A DNA stretch of 52,942 bases, taken from Prevotella sp. (GTDB lineage: Bacteria > Bacteroidota > Bacteroidia > Bacteroidales > Bacteroidaceae). Below are positions 38,764-48,232 of the stretch, piece after piece. Position numbers and translations under genes: made by a program. The first letter of the stretch is position 1; each line of letters opens with the position of its first letter. The stretch covers positions 1 through 52,942 of the forward strand of contig JAILHP010000118.1 of assembly GCA_024695705.1 (NCBI GenBank), given 5' to 3'. Under the pieces are notes generated by a model. That model did no database searches. It was given only the letters and a program-made list of their open reading frames with translations, and had not been told where the DNA came from.

Positions 38764-40737
38764 TTAGAATATACCGAGGATCTTCTTTTTCTTCTTCCCA
38801 GTGCGGCGCTCTTCCTCTTCCTGCTGCCGCTTCTTTTCCTCTTTCTTCAGCTTCTTCTGCAGTTTCTTTTCTTCCTTGGCCTTTTTGTCCTCCTCAGAAA
38901 GACCGTGGAACTTGATGCCAGGATGCGTAATCTTCATCTTGCTCATGTCGTCGGTATTCGTAAACGAGAAGTTGAAGTAGAGGTCACGGTGCTTGCCCAG
39001 TTGCATGACGTCGCCTGTGGCTACGGCACCGTCACTCTTGATGTCGGCAGTCAGACGGCGTACGTGAACGCCCATGTACGAACAGTCGTCAACCGTTGCG
39101 TTGACCGTTCCAATGGGCAGTTTGCCGCCTTTCTTCCTGCGCATGATGGCCGTTCGCGGCTTCGAGATGTCGATGCTGAACCTGGCGTTTGCCTCCACGT
39201 TTCCCAACTTCTTGATGTCCATGACATTGCCCAGTGCCAGGTTCTTGGTGCTGGCCTGTCCTACAAGATACTTGCTGATTTCGTCCAGATAGAAACTGAA
39301 GTTCATGCTGCCCATGTTCGTCTGCAGCAGTCCCTGGAACTGCTCTTTCTTGTAGAGCACGTGGAAGTCTCCCGTATAGCTGAGGGTTCCCAGTCTTTTG
39401 AGCTGTTTCATCATCAGTTTCTTCACCGTAAACTGGTTGATGATCTTCTCCGCCATGCTTGTGGTGGTTTTCATGCGGTTGACGTGGAAGTGAACGTCCA
39501 GCAGCTCCTTCTCCTTCAGGTGGCTGATGTCGCCCACAGCGCTGACGGTCAGCTGTTTGTTGTCGGTATATACCTGCACATTGCGGAAGCTGAGTGTGCT
39601 GTCCGTGCCGCTCATGTTGAGGCTCAGGTTGAGGGGTAGGGTAAACCTGTTCAGCGCCAGGGCAAACGGCCTTGCAATGTCCTTCAAGATGGCACGGCCT
39701 GTGATGTTGCCGGTCGAGAACGACAGTTTGGTGCCCTCTTTCTTGTTAGGCAGCTGCATCACGGCGTCAGCAATGTGCAACTTGGTGTCCGTCTGCTGCA
39801 CGTCGATGTCTTTCAGGTAGAGTATGCCCTTCGTGTAGGTGGCCTTGGCCCTCAGGTCGCGGAAGTCTATACCCGTGATGGAGTCGGTGGCCTGACACTC
39901 GTTAAGTGCTATCTTCAGCGAGTCCTTGACGCTGGTGTCAAGGGTCAGCTTCGCCTTCGCGGTGATATTCAGATGCCCCACGTCGAAGAATCCACGCTTG
40001 GGTTTACCCACGTTCTTGCGCGGCAAGCGGTTGTCCGTGCGGAAGCACAGCCCCTCCACCTCGGCCTGGAACACCTTCCCCTCCTGCGTGGCTTTCAGCT
40101 TATGAATGCAGGCCCAGTTATCCACAGGCCCTTTCTTCTTCTCTGCCGTCCAAGCAGCCTGTATGCTGTCTGCCTTGAGCGTCTTGCTGTCGTACTTTGC
40201 CGATAGCAGCCTGAGGTCATACTTGTCGTACTTCACGTGGATGTTCTTAAGCCACACGTTGTTCACGTCGAGCATCAGCTTCTTTTTCTTCTTCAGCGAG
40301 TCCTCGGCCACTGGCTGCTTGTTTTTCTTGAAGGCGTCAATCACAAACTGGTAGTTGGCGGGTATCGAGTCGGTCTTCTTCGTCAGTACGGCATCAAGGC
40401 CCTCCAGGCCAGCCTCTTCCACCACGATGCGGCTGCTCAGCAGCGGCAGCAGTTCGAGGTTGGCCGACAGCCGTTCAATCCTGACCATCTTGCGCTGCTC
40501 CTGATCGTCAATCTCCACGCCGAGCAGGTGGATGTTGCCGCCCAGCAGGCTGATGTCAGCACCCTCAATGTTCACGCGTGTGCCCAGCTTGTCGCTCAGC
40601 AGTTGCGTAGCAAGCGCCACAATACGTTGTTGCACCGGCTTCGTGTTCAGCAGTACGAAACCGAGTATGAGCAGCACCACCAGTCCGATGGCGGTGCCTG
40701 CCAGCGTCTTCAGAATAAGCGGCAGTTTTTTCTTCAT
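38764..40737 (-). CDS. AsmA-like membrane-anchored hypothetical protein
   Basis: N-terminal TM followed by LNTKPVQQ...LSDKLGTRV.I...NYQFVIDAF (AsmA/TamB-like start) and a basic C-tail. Start ATG 40737 lies just after a -7 box. Confidence 0.65.
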   Translation of the reverse strand: MKKKLPLILKTLAGTAIGLVVLLILGFVLLNTKPVQQRIVALATQLLSDKLGTRVNIEGADISLLGGNIHLLGVEIDDQEQRKMVRIERLSANLELLPLLSSRIVVEEAGLEGLDAVLTKKTDSIPANYQFVIDAFKKNKQPVAEDSLKKKKKLMLDVNNVWLKNIHVKYDKYDLRLLSAKYDSKTLKADSIQAAWTAEKKKGPVDNWACIHKLKATQEGKVFQAEVEGLCFRTDNRLPRKNVGKPKRGFFDVGHLNITAKAKLTLDTSVKDSLKIALNECQATDSITGIDFRDLRAKATYTKGILYLKDIDVQQTDTKLHIADAVMQLPNKKEGTKLSFSTGNITGRAILKDIARPFALALNRFTLPLNLSLNMSGTDSTLSFRNVQVYTDNKQLTVSAVGDISHLKEKELLDVHFHVNRMKTTTSMAEKIINQFTVKKLMMKQLKRLGTLSYTGDFHVLYKKEQFQGLLQTNMGSMNFSFYLDEISKYLVGQASTKNLALGNVMDIKKLGNVEANARFSIDISKPRTAIMRRKKGGKLPIGTVNATVDDCSYMGVHVRRLTADIKSDGAVATGDVMQLGKHRDLYFNFSFTNTDDMSKMKITHPGIKFHGLSEEDKKAKEEKKLQKKLKKEEKKRQQEEEERRTGKKKKKILGIF

Positions 40738-40741
40738 TGTG

Positions 40742-40800
40742 TGCAAAGGTACGAATAAGCGAGAAGAAAACCAAAAGAATTTTGGATTTTCTCGAGGAGT
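40742..40800. repeat. Promoter-overlapping hairpin element (same family as 29502 and 42720)
   Basis: GCAAAGGTAC-GAATAAGCGAG-A-AGAAAACCAAAA/TTTTGGATTTTCT-CGAGGAG. Contains the -7 box at 40744-40751. Confidence 0.75.
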
Positions 40801-40905
40801 TTTTTCGTTTTTTTGCATGTCCGCAGCAAAAAAATAAATCTTTAATCTTTAATCTATAATCTTTTTTGTACCTTTGTCAGCAGAAACTAAAAACATAGTA
40901 AAAGT

Positions 40906-42423
40906 ATGAAGAAAGTATTGTTCATTATTCTGTCGTTCTTTGCCGTCCTTCAGGTGTCGGCACAGTCTGATGACCGTCCGCAGTTCGGCGAACAGCCCCG
41001 TCTCGTTGTAGGCATCGTGGTTGACCAGATGCGCTGGGATTACCTGTCGCGCTATTACAGCAAGTTCGGCGAGGGAGGCTTCCGCCGTCTCATCGGCGAG
41101 GGCTTTAGCTACAACAACTGTCTCATCAACTACGTACCCACCATCACGGCCATCGGCCACACCAGCGCCTATACAGGCACTACGCCCGCCTTCCACGGCA
41201 TCTGCGGCAACAATTTCTATCTGGACGGTCGCAAGGTGTATTGCACTTCCGATTCGACGGTTAACCCTGTTGGCTCCGATAACGACTATGCCGGCAAACA
41301 GTCGCCCGTCAACCTCGTTGCCACCACCATCGGCGACCAGTTGCGCCTGCATTACGACTTCCGTTCCAAGGTCATTGGCGTCAGCTACAAGGACCGCGCA
41401 GCCATCTTCCCCGCTGGCCGCTCGGCCAATGCCGCCTACTGGCTCGACACCAAGAACCGTCAGTTCATTACCTCTACTTATTATATGCAGGAGCTGCCCC
41501 AGTGGGCAAAGGCCTATAACGCCGAACTGGCAAAGAATCAGGAGTTCAAGCGCGTGGGCACTGACGTGGGGCTTTATCCCCTCTGCGGACACATCACCAC
41601 CGACATGGCCATTGCCGCCCTCAAGGGGGAACGCCTCGGACAGGGTGACGTGCCTGACATGCTCTGCATCAGCTACTCTGAGACCGACGTCATCGGCCAC
41701 AAGTGGAGCACGCGTGGCGAGCATACTGATGAGGCCTATCTGGAACTTGACAAGGACATTGCCCGTCTTCTTTCAGCACTCGACGCACAGGTGGGACGAG
41801 GCAACTACCTGCTCTTCCTGACAGCCGACCACGGTGCAGCCCATAACTGGAAGTTCATGCAGGACAACAAACTCAGTGGAGGACCGTCGGTGACCGACGA
41901 AATCAAGGAGCGTATCTACGAGGAGCTCGCCTCAGACATGGGTGATGTTCACGGCATCATCGGTGATATCATGGATTATCGCGTCTTCCTCAACTGGGAA
42001 AAAATCCAGTCTCTGGGACTCATCACGGCCGACGTTCCCCACCAGATTGTTGAAGCCTTGCGCAAGGAGAAACACGTCATCTTCGCCTGCACCTTCGAGG
42101 ACCTTGCCACAGCCGCCCTGCCGCCGCTGCTGCGCGACCGTGCCCTCATGGGTTACTACCCTGGACGCTCAGGTGACATCATCTTCTTCCCCAAGCCTAA
42201 CTACTACGACTATGGCTCCTGGTCTTCGCCCATTGGCACCACCCACGGCCATTGGAACCCCTACGACGCCCATATCCCCATGCTCTTCTTTGGCTGGCAT
42301 GTTCCCCACGGCAGCAGTCCCCGTGAGACGCACATCAACGATTTCGCTCCCACCGTCTGCTCCATGCTCCACATCCAGCAGCCCAATGCCTGCACCGGTG
42401 AGGCATTAACGTTCGATGAGTAA
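40906..42423 (+). CDS. Alkaline phosphatase, PafA type
   Basis: PRLVVGIVVDQMRWDYL, PTITAIGH, KDRAAI, D.IGH, TADHG and TTHG...YD.H. -7 box at 40869-40876. Confidence 0.9.
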   Translation: MKKVLFIILSFFAVLQVSAQSDDRPQFGEQPRLVVGIVVDQMRWDYLSRYYSKFGEGGFRRLIGEGFSYNNCLINYVPTITAIGHTSAYTGTTPAFHGICGNNFYLDGRKVYCTSDSTVNPVGSDNDYAGKQSPVNLVATTIGDQLRLHYDFRSKVIGVSYKDRAAIFPAGRSANAAYWLDTKNRQFITSTYYMQELPQWAKAYNAELAKNQEFKRVGTDVGLYPLCGHITTDMAIAALKGERLGQGDVPDMLCISYSETDVIGHKWSTRGEHTDEAYLELDKDIARLLSALDAQVGRGNYLLFLTADHGAAHNWKFMQDNKLSGGPSVTDEIKERIYEELASDMGDVHGIIGDIMDYRVFLNWEKIQSLGLITADVPHQIVEALRKEKHVIFACTFEDLATAALPPLLRDRALMGYYPGRSGDIIFFPKPNYYDYGSWSSPIGTTHGHWNPYDAHIPMLFFGWHVPHGSSPRETHINDFAPTVCSMLHIQQPNACTGEALTFDE

Positions 42424-42504
42424 ATTTTTCGGAAAGTAATTTGGATAATTGGTATTTTTTTTGTACCTTTGCAACATCCAGAATCTCTAAAAAGTTAAAC
42501 AAAC

Positions 42505-42695
42505 GGCGGGCGCCCCTTTGCTTGTTGGGCGCCCGCCCTTTGTTTGTCTGGCGGGCGCCCTTTATTTGTCCGGCGGACGCCCCTTGTTTACTTTGCTGCC
42601 GGCTCCTTCTTTACTAGTCGGCACCTTCCTCTCAAATAGTCGGCATCTTTCTCTTAACAAGTCGGCACCTTCCTCTCTAATAGTCGGCATCTTCC
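42505..42695 (+). repeat. ~22-bp-period tandem array
   Basis: GGCGGGCGCCC-type cores at 42505, 42527 (inverted), 42550 and 42572. AGTCGGCAYCTT cores at 42616, 42638, 42660 and 42682. Confidence 0.85.
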
Positions 42696-42719
42696 TTTTT
42701 GTTTTCCCTTGGGTAGTCC

Positions 42720-42994
42720 TTTATTCGGAGAGGGTACCCCGCTGGGGTGCTCTTTCATTTGTTCTCACCAATTCGTACCTTTGAGACTGGCATCTCTTAG
42801 GTTCTTTGACCTAAAGGTACAAAGCGGCAAAGCCGAGCGGGCTGCACGCAGAAATGAAAATAAATTGCATTTTATTTTGCATTTCGCTCAATTTGCACTA
42901 CCTTTGACCTAAAGGTCGAAGGCACTCTCGTTCGAAAGAAAAAATAAAAAACGGTTTTTATTTTGTTCTTTGCTCACTTATTCGTACCTTTGCA
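42720..42994. repeat. Three tandem promoter-hairpin elements upstream of nuoA
   Basis: Each unit is a palindrome followed by CTCA-N7/8-TACCTTTG, giving -7 boxes at 42776, 42899 and 42985. Confidence 0.8.
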
Positions 42995-43036
42995 CCCGAA
43001 TTCGCGAGAAGACATTATAATATATTATAAAACATT

Positions 43037-43387
43037 ATGAATTTTACTTTGTTAATTACCGTTTTAGTGACGGCTATCACACTGGTTCTGGCGGCTTACG
43101 TCACAGCTAAGCTGATAGGACCTCGAAGCTACAACAAGGTGAAGGGCGAACCCTATGAGTGTGGTATTCCCACACGGGGCACGTCGTGGCTTCCGGTGAG
43201 CATCGGGTTCTATCTGTTCGCCATCCTGTTCCTCATGTTCGATGTGGAAACGGTGTTTCTGTATCCGTGGGCAGTCGTCGTGAAGCAGTTTGGTGCTGCG
43301 GCGTTGCTGAGCATCGGCTTTTTCTTGGTAGTGTTGGTTTTAGGCCTGGCATACGCCTGGCGGAAAGGAGCGCTGGAATGGAAATAA
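43037..43387 (+). CDS. nuoA: NADH-quinone oxidoreductase subunit A
   Basis: YECG, FDVE..FLYPWA and AWRKGALEW. Confidence 0.95.
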   Translation: MNFTLLITVLVTAITLVLAAYVTAKLIGPRSYNKVKGEPYECGIPTRGTSWLPVSIGFYLFAILFLMFDVETVFLYPWAVVVKQFGAAALLSIGFFLVVLVLGLAYAWRKGALEWK

Positions 43388-44115
43388 AGCCAAAAATCAA
43401 GAGTATTCCCTACGAGGAGTGGAAAGACAACTCCACGCTGGAGAAGATTGTTGACGAGCTGCATGAAGGCGGCGTCAACGTGGTGACGGGCTCCCTGGAC
43501 AAGCTGATCAACTGGGGACGTGCCAATTCGCTGTGGTCGCTGACCTTTGCCACGAGTTGTTGTGGTATTGAGTTCATGGCCTGTGGCTGTTCGCGTTACG
43601 ACTTTGCACGCTTCGGCTTCGAGGTGACGCGTAACTCACCCCGTCAGGCAGACCTGATCATGTGTGCAGGTACCATTACGCACAAGATGGCTCCTGCCCT
43701 GAAGCGTCTGTATGACGAGATGGCAGAGCCGAAGTACGTGATTGCCGTCGGTGGCTGTGCCATCAGCGGTGGCCCGTTCAAGTCAAGCTACCATGTGGTG
43801 AAGGGCATCGAGGAGATTGTTCCCGTCGATGTGTTCATTCCTGGTTGTCCGCCGCGTCCAGAGGCCATCATGTATGGCATGATGCAGCTGCAGCGCAAGG
43901 TGAAGATTGAGAAATTCTTTGGTGGCGCCAACCACAAGCAGACCGCTGAGGAGCGTGAGCTCGGCGTATCGAACGAGGAGCTGACCTTCCGCGAGAAGCT
44001 GGGCGACCGTCGCCGTGAGCCCATCGTGGTAACGGAGGTTCCGCAGGAGTTTGTAGAAGAGATGAAGGCCAACAGCCAACAGCCAACAGCTGAAGGAAAG
44101 GAGGAACAGGCATGA
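43378..44115 (+). CDS. nuoB: NADH-quinone oxidoreductase subunit B
   Basis: SCCGIE, SPRQAD, G.CA.SGG and VDVFIPGCPPRPE. Start ATG 43378 overlaps the nuoA end. Confidence 0.95.
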   Translation: MEIKPKIKSIPYEEWKDNSTLEKIVDELHEGGVNVVTGSLDKLINWGRANSLWSLTFATSCCGIEFMACGCSRYDFARFGFEVTRNSPRQADLIMCAGTITHKMAPALKRLYDEMAEPKYVIAVGGCAISGGPFKSSYHVVKGIEEIVPVDVFIPGCPPRPEAIMYGMMQLQRKVKIEKFFGGANHKQTAEERELGVSNEELTFREKLGDRRREPIVVTEVPQEFVEEMKANSQQPTAEGKEEQA

Positions 44116-45725
44116 AACTGGAATTCTTATCATTCGAATTTGACAAGTTCGCACAGGAGATGCAGGACTTGAAAGACAAGAAGGGTTTTGACTATCTTGT
44201 CACCATCGTTGGTGAGGACTTCGGAGCAGAAGAGGGGCTCGGCTGTATCTATATCTTGGAGAACAGCGAGACACACGAGCGTTGCAGCGTGAAGATGCTG
44301 GCCAAGACGCAGGTCTGCGGCGACGGCATCGCTTCAAACGGTACTGGAGAGACCGACGGCCAGCTGGTTCCGTATATTCCTTCTGTCATCAATATCTGGA
44401 AGGTTGCCGACCTGCTGGAGCGTGAGGTGTATGACTTCTACGGCATCGTGTTCCTGGGTCATCCCGACATGCGCCGACTCTTCCTGCGCTCTGACTTCAA
44501 GGGATTCCCTTTCCGCAAGGACTGGAAGTTCAATGACGAATATACGCTGGAGGACGATGTGGAGCCCGACTACGGTCTGGAGTACTACCTGGACAAGGAC
44601 GGTGTCCTGCAGTCGAAGCAGAACAAGCTGTTCACCAGCGACGAGTACGTCATCAACATCGGTCCGCAGCACCCCTCAACCCACGGTGTGCTCCGTCTGC
44701 AGACGGTGCTCGACGGTGAGGTGGTGAAGCGTGTGTATCCGCATCTGGGCTATATCCATCGTGGTATAGAGAAGATGTGCGAGAGCTATACCTATCCTCA
44801 AACCCTCGCTTTAACTGACCGTCTTAACTACCTGAGTGCCATGATGCATCGTCATGCACTGGTGGGTGTCATTGAAGAAGGTCTGGGCGTGGAACTGACC
44901 GACCGCATCAAGTATATCCGCACTATCATGGACGAGCTGCAGCGACTCGATTCGCACCTGCTTTATGTAGGTTGCTGTGCTCAGGATATGGGTGCGCTGA
45001 CGGCCTTCCTCTACAGCATGCGTGACCGTGAGCACGTGCTCAACTGCATGGAGGAGACTACGGGTGGACGACTCATTCAGAACTACTACCGCATCGGTGG
45101 CTTGCAGGATGACATCGACCCCAACTTCGTGGAGAACGTCAAGAAGCTCGTGGCATACATGAAGCCCATCATTCAGGAGTATGTCGATGTGTTTGGTGAC
45201 AACATCATCACGCACAAGCGCTTTGAGAAGGTTGGCCCGATGTCGAAGGCCGACTGTATCTCGTATGCCGTGACAGGTCCTGCTGGACGTGCCTCTGGCT
45301 GGAAGAACGACGTTCGCAAGAACCATCCGTACGACATGTACGACAAGGTGGAGTGGGAGCAGATTACCATGACCGGCTGCGACACGATGGACCGTTACAC
45401 CTGTCACATCCAGGAAATGTACCAGAGCCTCAGGATTATAGAGCAGCTCATCGACAACATTCCTGCCGGTGACTTCTACGTGAAGCAGAAGCCCATCATC
45501 AAGGTGCCTGAAGGACAGTGGTACTTCTCTGTCGAGGGTGCCTCAGGTGAGTTCGGTGTCTATCTCGACTCACGCGGTGACAAGAGTCCGTACCGTCTGA
45601 AGATGCGTCCCATGGGACTGTCGCTGACGGGTGCGCTCGACCCCATGCTGCGTGGACAGAAGATTGCCGACCTCGTGGCAACGGGTGCAGCTATTGACTT
45701 TGTAATTCCTGATATTGACAGATAA
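44112..45725 (+). CDS. nuoCD: NADH-quinone oxidoreductase subunit C/D fusion
   Basis: LEREVYDFYG..F.GHPD.RR, NIGPQHPSTHGVLRL, GYIHRG.EK and C-terminal DIDR. Confidence 0.95.
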   Translation: MKLEFLSFEFDKFAQEMQDLKDKKGFDYLVTIVGEDFGAEEGLGCIYILENSETHERCSVKMLAKTQVCGDGIASNGTGETDGQLVPYIPSVINIWKVADLLEREVYDFYGIVFLGHPDMRRLFLRSDFKGFPFRKDWKFNDEYTLEDDVEPDYGLEYYLDKDGVLQSKQNKLFTSDEYVINIGPQHPSTHGVLRLQTVLDGEVVKRVYPHLGYIHRGIEKMCESYTYPQTLALTDRLNYLSAMMHRHALVGVIEEGLGVELTDRIKYIRTIMDELQRLDSHLLYVGCCAQDMGALTAFLYSMRDREHVLNCMEETTGGRLIQNYYRIGGLQDDIDPNFVENVKKLVAYMKPIIQEYVDVFGDNIITHKRFEKVGPMSKADCISYAVTGPAGRASGWKNDVRKNHPYDMYDKVEWEQITMTGCDTMDRYTCHIQEMYQSLRIIEQLIDNIPAGDFYVKQKPIIKVPEGQWYFSVEGASGEFGVYLDSRGDKSPYRLKMRPMGLSLTGALDPMLRGQKIADLVATGAAIDFVIPDIDR

Positions 45726-45729
45726 TAAT

Positions 45730-46818
45730 ATGTTCGATTTTAGTATAGTAACACAATGGTTTGACCAACTGCTTCGGGTGTCGGTAGGATGTCCCGACTG
45801 GTTGGCAATATTGATTGAGTGCGTGCTGGTAGGCGTAGCCATTCTGTTGGGCTATGCGCTCATTGCCTGTGCGCTGATTTTCATGGAACGTAAGGTCTGC
45901 GCCTATTTCCAGTGCCGTCTGGGCCCGATGCGCGTAGGCTACTGGGGCTTGCTGCAGGTCTTTGCCGACGTGTTCAAGATGCTCATCAAGGAGATCTTCT
46001 TCATCGACAAGGCCGACAAGTTCCTCTATGCCGTGGCACCTATCCTGGTGATTATCGGTAGTGTGGGTGCCTTCTCGTTCCTGCCCTGGAACAACGGAGC
46101 GACCATCCTCGACTTCAACGTGGGCGTGTTCCTGCTGACCGCCATCTCCTCGATTGGCGTGGTGGGTATCTTCCTCGCAGGATGGGGCTCTAACAACAAG
46201 TATTCGGTAGTATCGGCCATGCGTGGTGCCGTGCAGATGATCAGCTATGAAATGTCGCTGTGCCTCTGCCTCATCACGGCTGTCATCCTGACGGGTACCA
46301 TGCAGATGTCAGGCATCGTGGATGCTCAGACGGGTCCCTTCAAGTGGCTCATCTTCCAGGGACACATCCCTGCCATCATTGCCTTCCTTGTATTCCTCGT
46401 GGCTGGTAATGCAGAGGCCAATCGTGGGCCGTTCGACATGGCAGAGGCTGAGAGTGAGCTGACCGCAGGACACCACACGGAGTACAGCGGTATGGGCTTC
46501 GGCTTTTTCTACCTGGCCGAGTTCCTGAACCTCTTTATTATCGCAGGTATTGCTGCTACAGTATTCCTGGGCGGCTGGGCTCCTGTGAACATAGGTATCG
46601 AGGCCTTTGACACGGTGATGAACTACATCCCCGGCTTCGTATGGTTCATGGGTAAGACCTTCGCCCTGGTGTGGGTGCTGATGTGGATTAAGTGGACGTT
46701 CCCCCGTCTGCGTATTGACCAGATTTTGAAGCTCGAATGGAAGTACCTGATGCCGCTGGCACTCATCAACATCGTGCTGATGACGGTTGTCGTTGCGCTG
46801 GGTATATATATTAAATAA
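45730..46818 (+). CDS. nuoH: NADH-quinone oxidoreductase subunit H
   Basis: ERKV..Q.R.GP, QMISYE, NRGPFD.AEAESEL and PRLRIDQ. Confidence 0.95.
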   Translation: MFDFSIVTQWFDQLLRVSVGCPDWLAILIECVLVGVAILLGYALIACALIFMERKVCAYFQCRLGPMRVGYWGLLQVFADVFKMLIKEIFFIDKADKFLYAVAPILVIIGSVGAFSFLPWNNGATILDFNVGVFLLTAISSIGVVGIFLAGWGSNNKYSVVSAMRGAVQMISYEMSLCLCLITAVILTGTMQMSGIVDAQTGPFKWLIFQGHIPAIIAFLVFLVAGNAEANRGPFDMAEAESELTAGHHTEYSGMGFGFFYLAEFLNLFIIAGIAATVFLGGWAPVNIGIEAFDTVMNYIPGFVWFMGKTFALVWVLMWIKWTFPRLRIDQILKLEWKYLMPLALINIVLMTVVVALGIYIK

Positions 46819-46827
46819 GGTATAGAT

Positions 46828-47373
46828 ATGGAAGATAATAAAACATATTTTGGAGAAATCGGGCACGGGCTCAAGACGCTGGCGACAGGTATGAAGATTA
46901 CCTGGCAGGAGTACTTCAAGGACTTCTTCACCAACAAATCGACCGAGCAGTACCCCGAGAACCGCAAGACGACACTCCATGTGGCCAAGCGTCATCGCGG
47001 ACGCCTGGTATTCAAGCGCAATGAGGACGGCAGCTACAAGTGTACGGCCTGCACGCTGTGTGAGAAGACCTGTCCCAACGGCACCATCAAGATTGTGAGT
47101 CACATGGCCGAAGACCCTGAGACGGGCAAGAAGAAGAAGGTGCTTGATGACTATCAGTACGACCTGGGCGACTGCATGTTCTGCCAGCTCTGCACCAATG
47201 CCTGCAACTTCGACGCCATTGAGTTTACCAACGACTTCGAGAATGCCGTATTCGACCGCTCCAAGCTGGTGCTGCATCTCGACAAGGAGGTTTATGAGGG
47301 TGGCTCGCTGCCTCACCTGATTGACGGTGGTGCTCCGCAGGAAATCGGTAAGTTTAATACTAAAAAGAAATAA
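46828..47373 (+). CDS. nuoI: NADH-quinone oxidoreductase subunit I
   Basis: Two 4Fe-4S motifs, CTACTLCEKTCP and CMFCQLCTNAC. Confidence 0.93.
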   Translation: MEDNKTYFGEIGHGLKTLATGMKITWQEYFKDFFTNKSTEQYPENRKTTLHVAKRHRGRLVFKRNEDGSYKCTACTLCEKTCPNGTIKIVSHMAEDPETGKKKKVLDDYQYDLGDCMFCQLCTNACNFDAIEFTNDFENAVFDRSKLVLHLDKEVYEGGSLPHLIDGGAPQEIGKFNTKKK

Positions 47374-47379
47374 ACGGCT

Positions 47380-47898
47380 ATGGGAAATATCATTATGTTT
47401 TGCATTCTCGCCGTGGTCATCATCGGCTCAGCCCTGCTGTGTGTGACGACCACGCGCATCATGCGCGCTGCAACGTTTATGTTGTTCGTGCTGTTTGGAG
47501 TGGCAGGCATTTACTTCCTGCTTGACTACACCTATCTGGGTGCAGCTCAGATTTCAGTCTATGCCGGCGGTGTGACGATGATCTACGTCTTCGCCATCCA
47601 GTTGGTAAGCAAGCGTACGCTGCAGGGACTGACGGAGAAGGTAAAGGCCAGTCGTCTCGTCTGTGGCGGCCTGGCAGCCGTAGCCGGTCTCGTGGTGGTT
47701 GGCCTGATTCTCTTGAAGACGGGCTTCTACACTTTGGCTCCCGCCAACACGGAAGTTCCGATGGAGGCTGTGGGCAAGGCGCTGGTAGGCGCTGGCAAGT
47801 ACGAGTATGTGCTGCCGTTCGAGTTCATCTCGCTGTTCCTGCTGGCATGTATTATCGGTGGTTTAGTAGTAGCAAGAAAGGAGGATAAGAAGTCATGA
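47380..47898 (+). CDS. nuoJ: NADH-quinone oxidoreductase subunit J
   Basis: Q..VYAGGV, YVLPFE.IS..LL and operon position. Confidence 0.92.
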   Translation: MGNIIMFCILAVVIIGSALLCVTTTRIMRAATFMLFVLFGVAGIYFLLDYTYLGAAQISVYAGGVTMIYVFAIQLVSKRTLQGLTEKVKASRLVCGGLAAVAGLVVVGLILLKTGFYTLAPANTEVPMEAVGKALVGAGKYEYVLPFEFISLFLLACIIGGLVVARKEDKKS

Positions 47899-48203
47899 TA
47901 CCTGTTGAATGTTATTTCGCGCTGAGTGCGCTTCTGTTCTTCATCGGCGTCTTTGGTTTCGTCACGCGTCGCAACCTCATCGCCATGCTCATCTCTGTGG
48001 AGCTGGTACTGAATGCCGTTGACATCAACTTTGCCGCTGTGAACCGTCTGCTCTATCCCGAGGGCATGGAGGGTATGTTCATGACGCTCTTCGTCATCGG
48101 TGTGGCTGCTGCTGAGTCGGCCGTCGCCATTGCCATTATCATCAATGTCTATCGTAACTTCAAGAGCGACAGCGTTGACAGTATCAAAAACATGAAATGG
48201 TAG
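47895..48203 (+). CDS. nuoK: NADH-quinone oxidoreductase subunit K
   Basis: RRNL..LISVELVLNA and VAAAESAVAIA. Confidence 0.95.
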   Translation: MIPVECYFALSALLFFIGVFGFVTRRNLIAMLISVELVLNAVDINFAAVNRLLYPEGMEGMFMTLFVIGVAAAESAVAIAIIINVYRNFKSDSVDSIKNMKW

Positions 48204-48232
48204 TTGAAGGTAATAAGTAAAAGTGAAAAATT

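Noticed and set aside
42505-42695. CRISPR array or plasmid iterons
   Set aside because: The 22-bp period is too short for repeat plus spacer, the cores drift, and there is no rep or cas gene.
42518-42912. Small ORFs 42518-42784 and 42709-42912
   Set aside because: They are translations of the repeat arrays with non-ATG starts and no protein-like signal.
43159-43377. N-terminal extension of NuoB; likewise the ORF-track extensions of MscS (28637), kinase (28321), AsmA-like (40818) and CE7 (32184)
   Set aside because: These extensions overlap neighbouring genes or promoter boxes. Downstream ATGs give family-typical N-termini.
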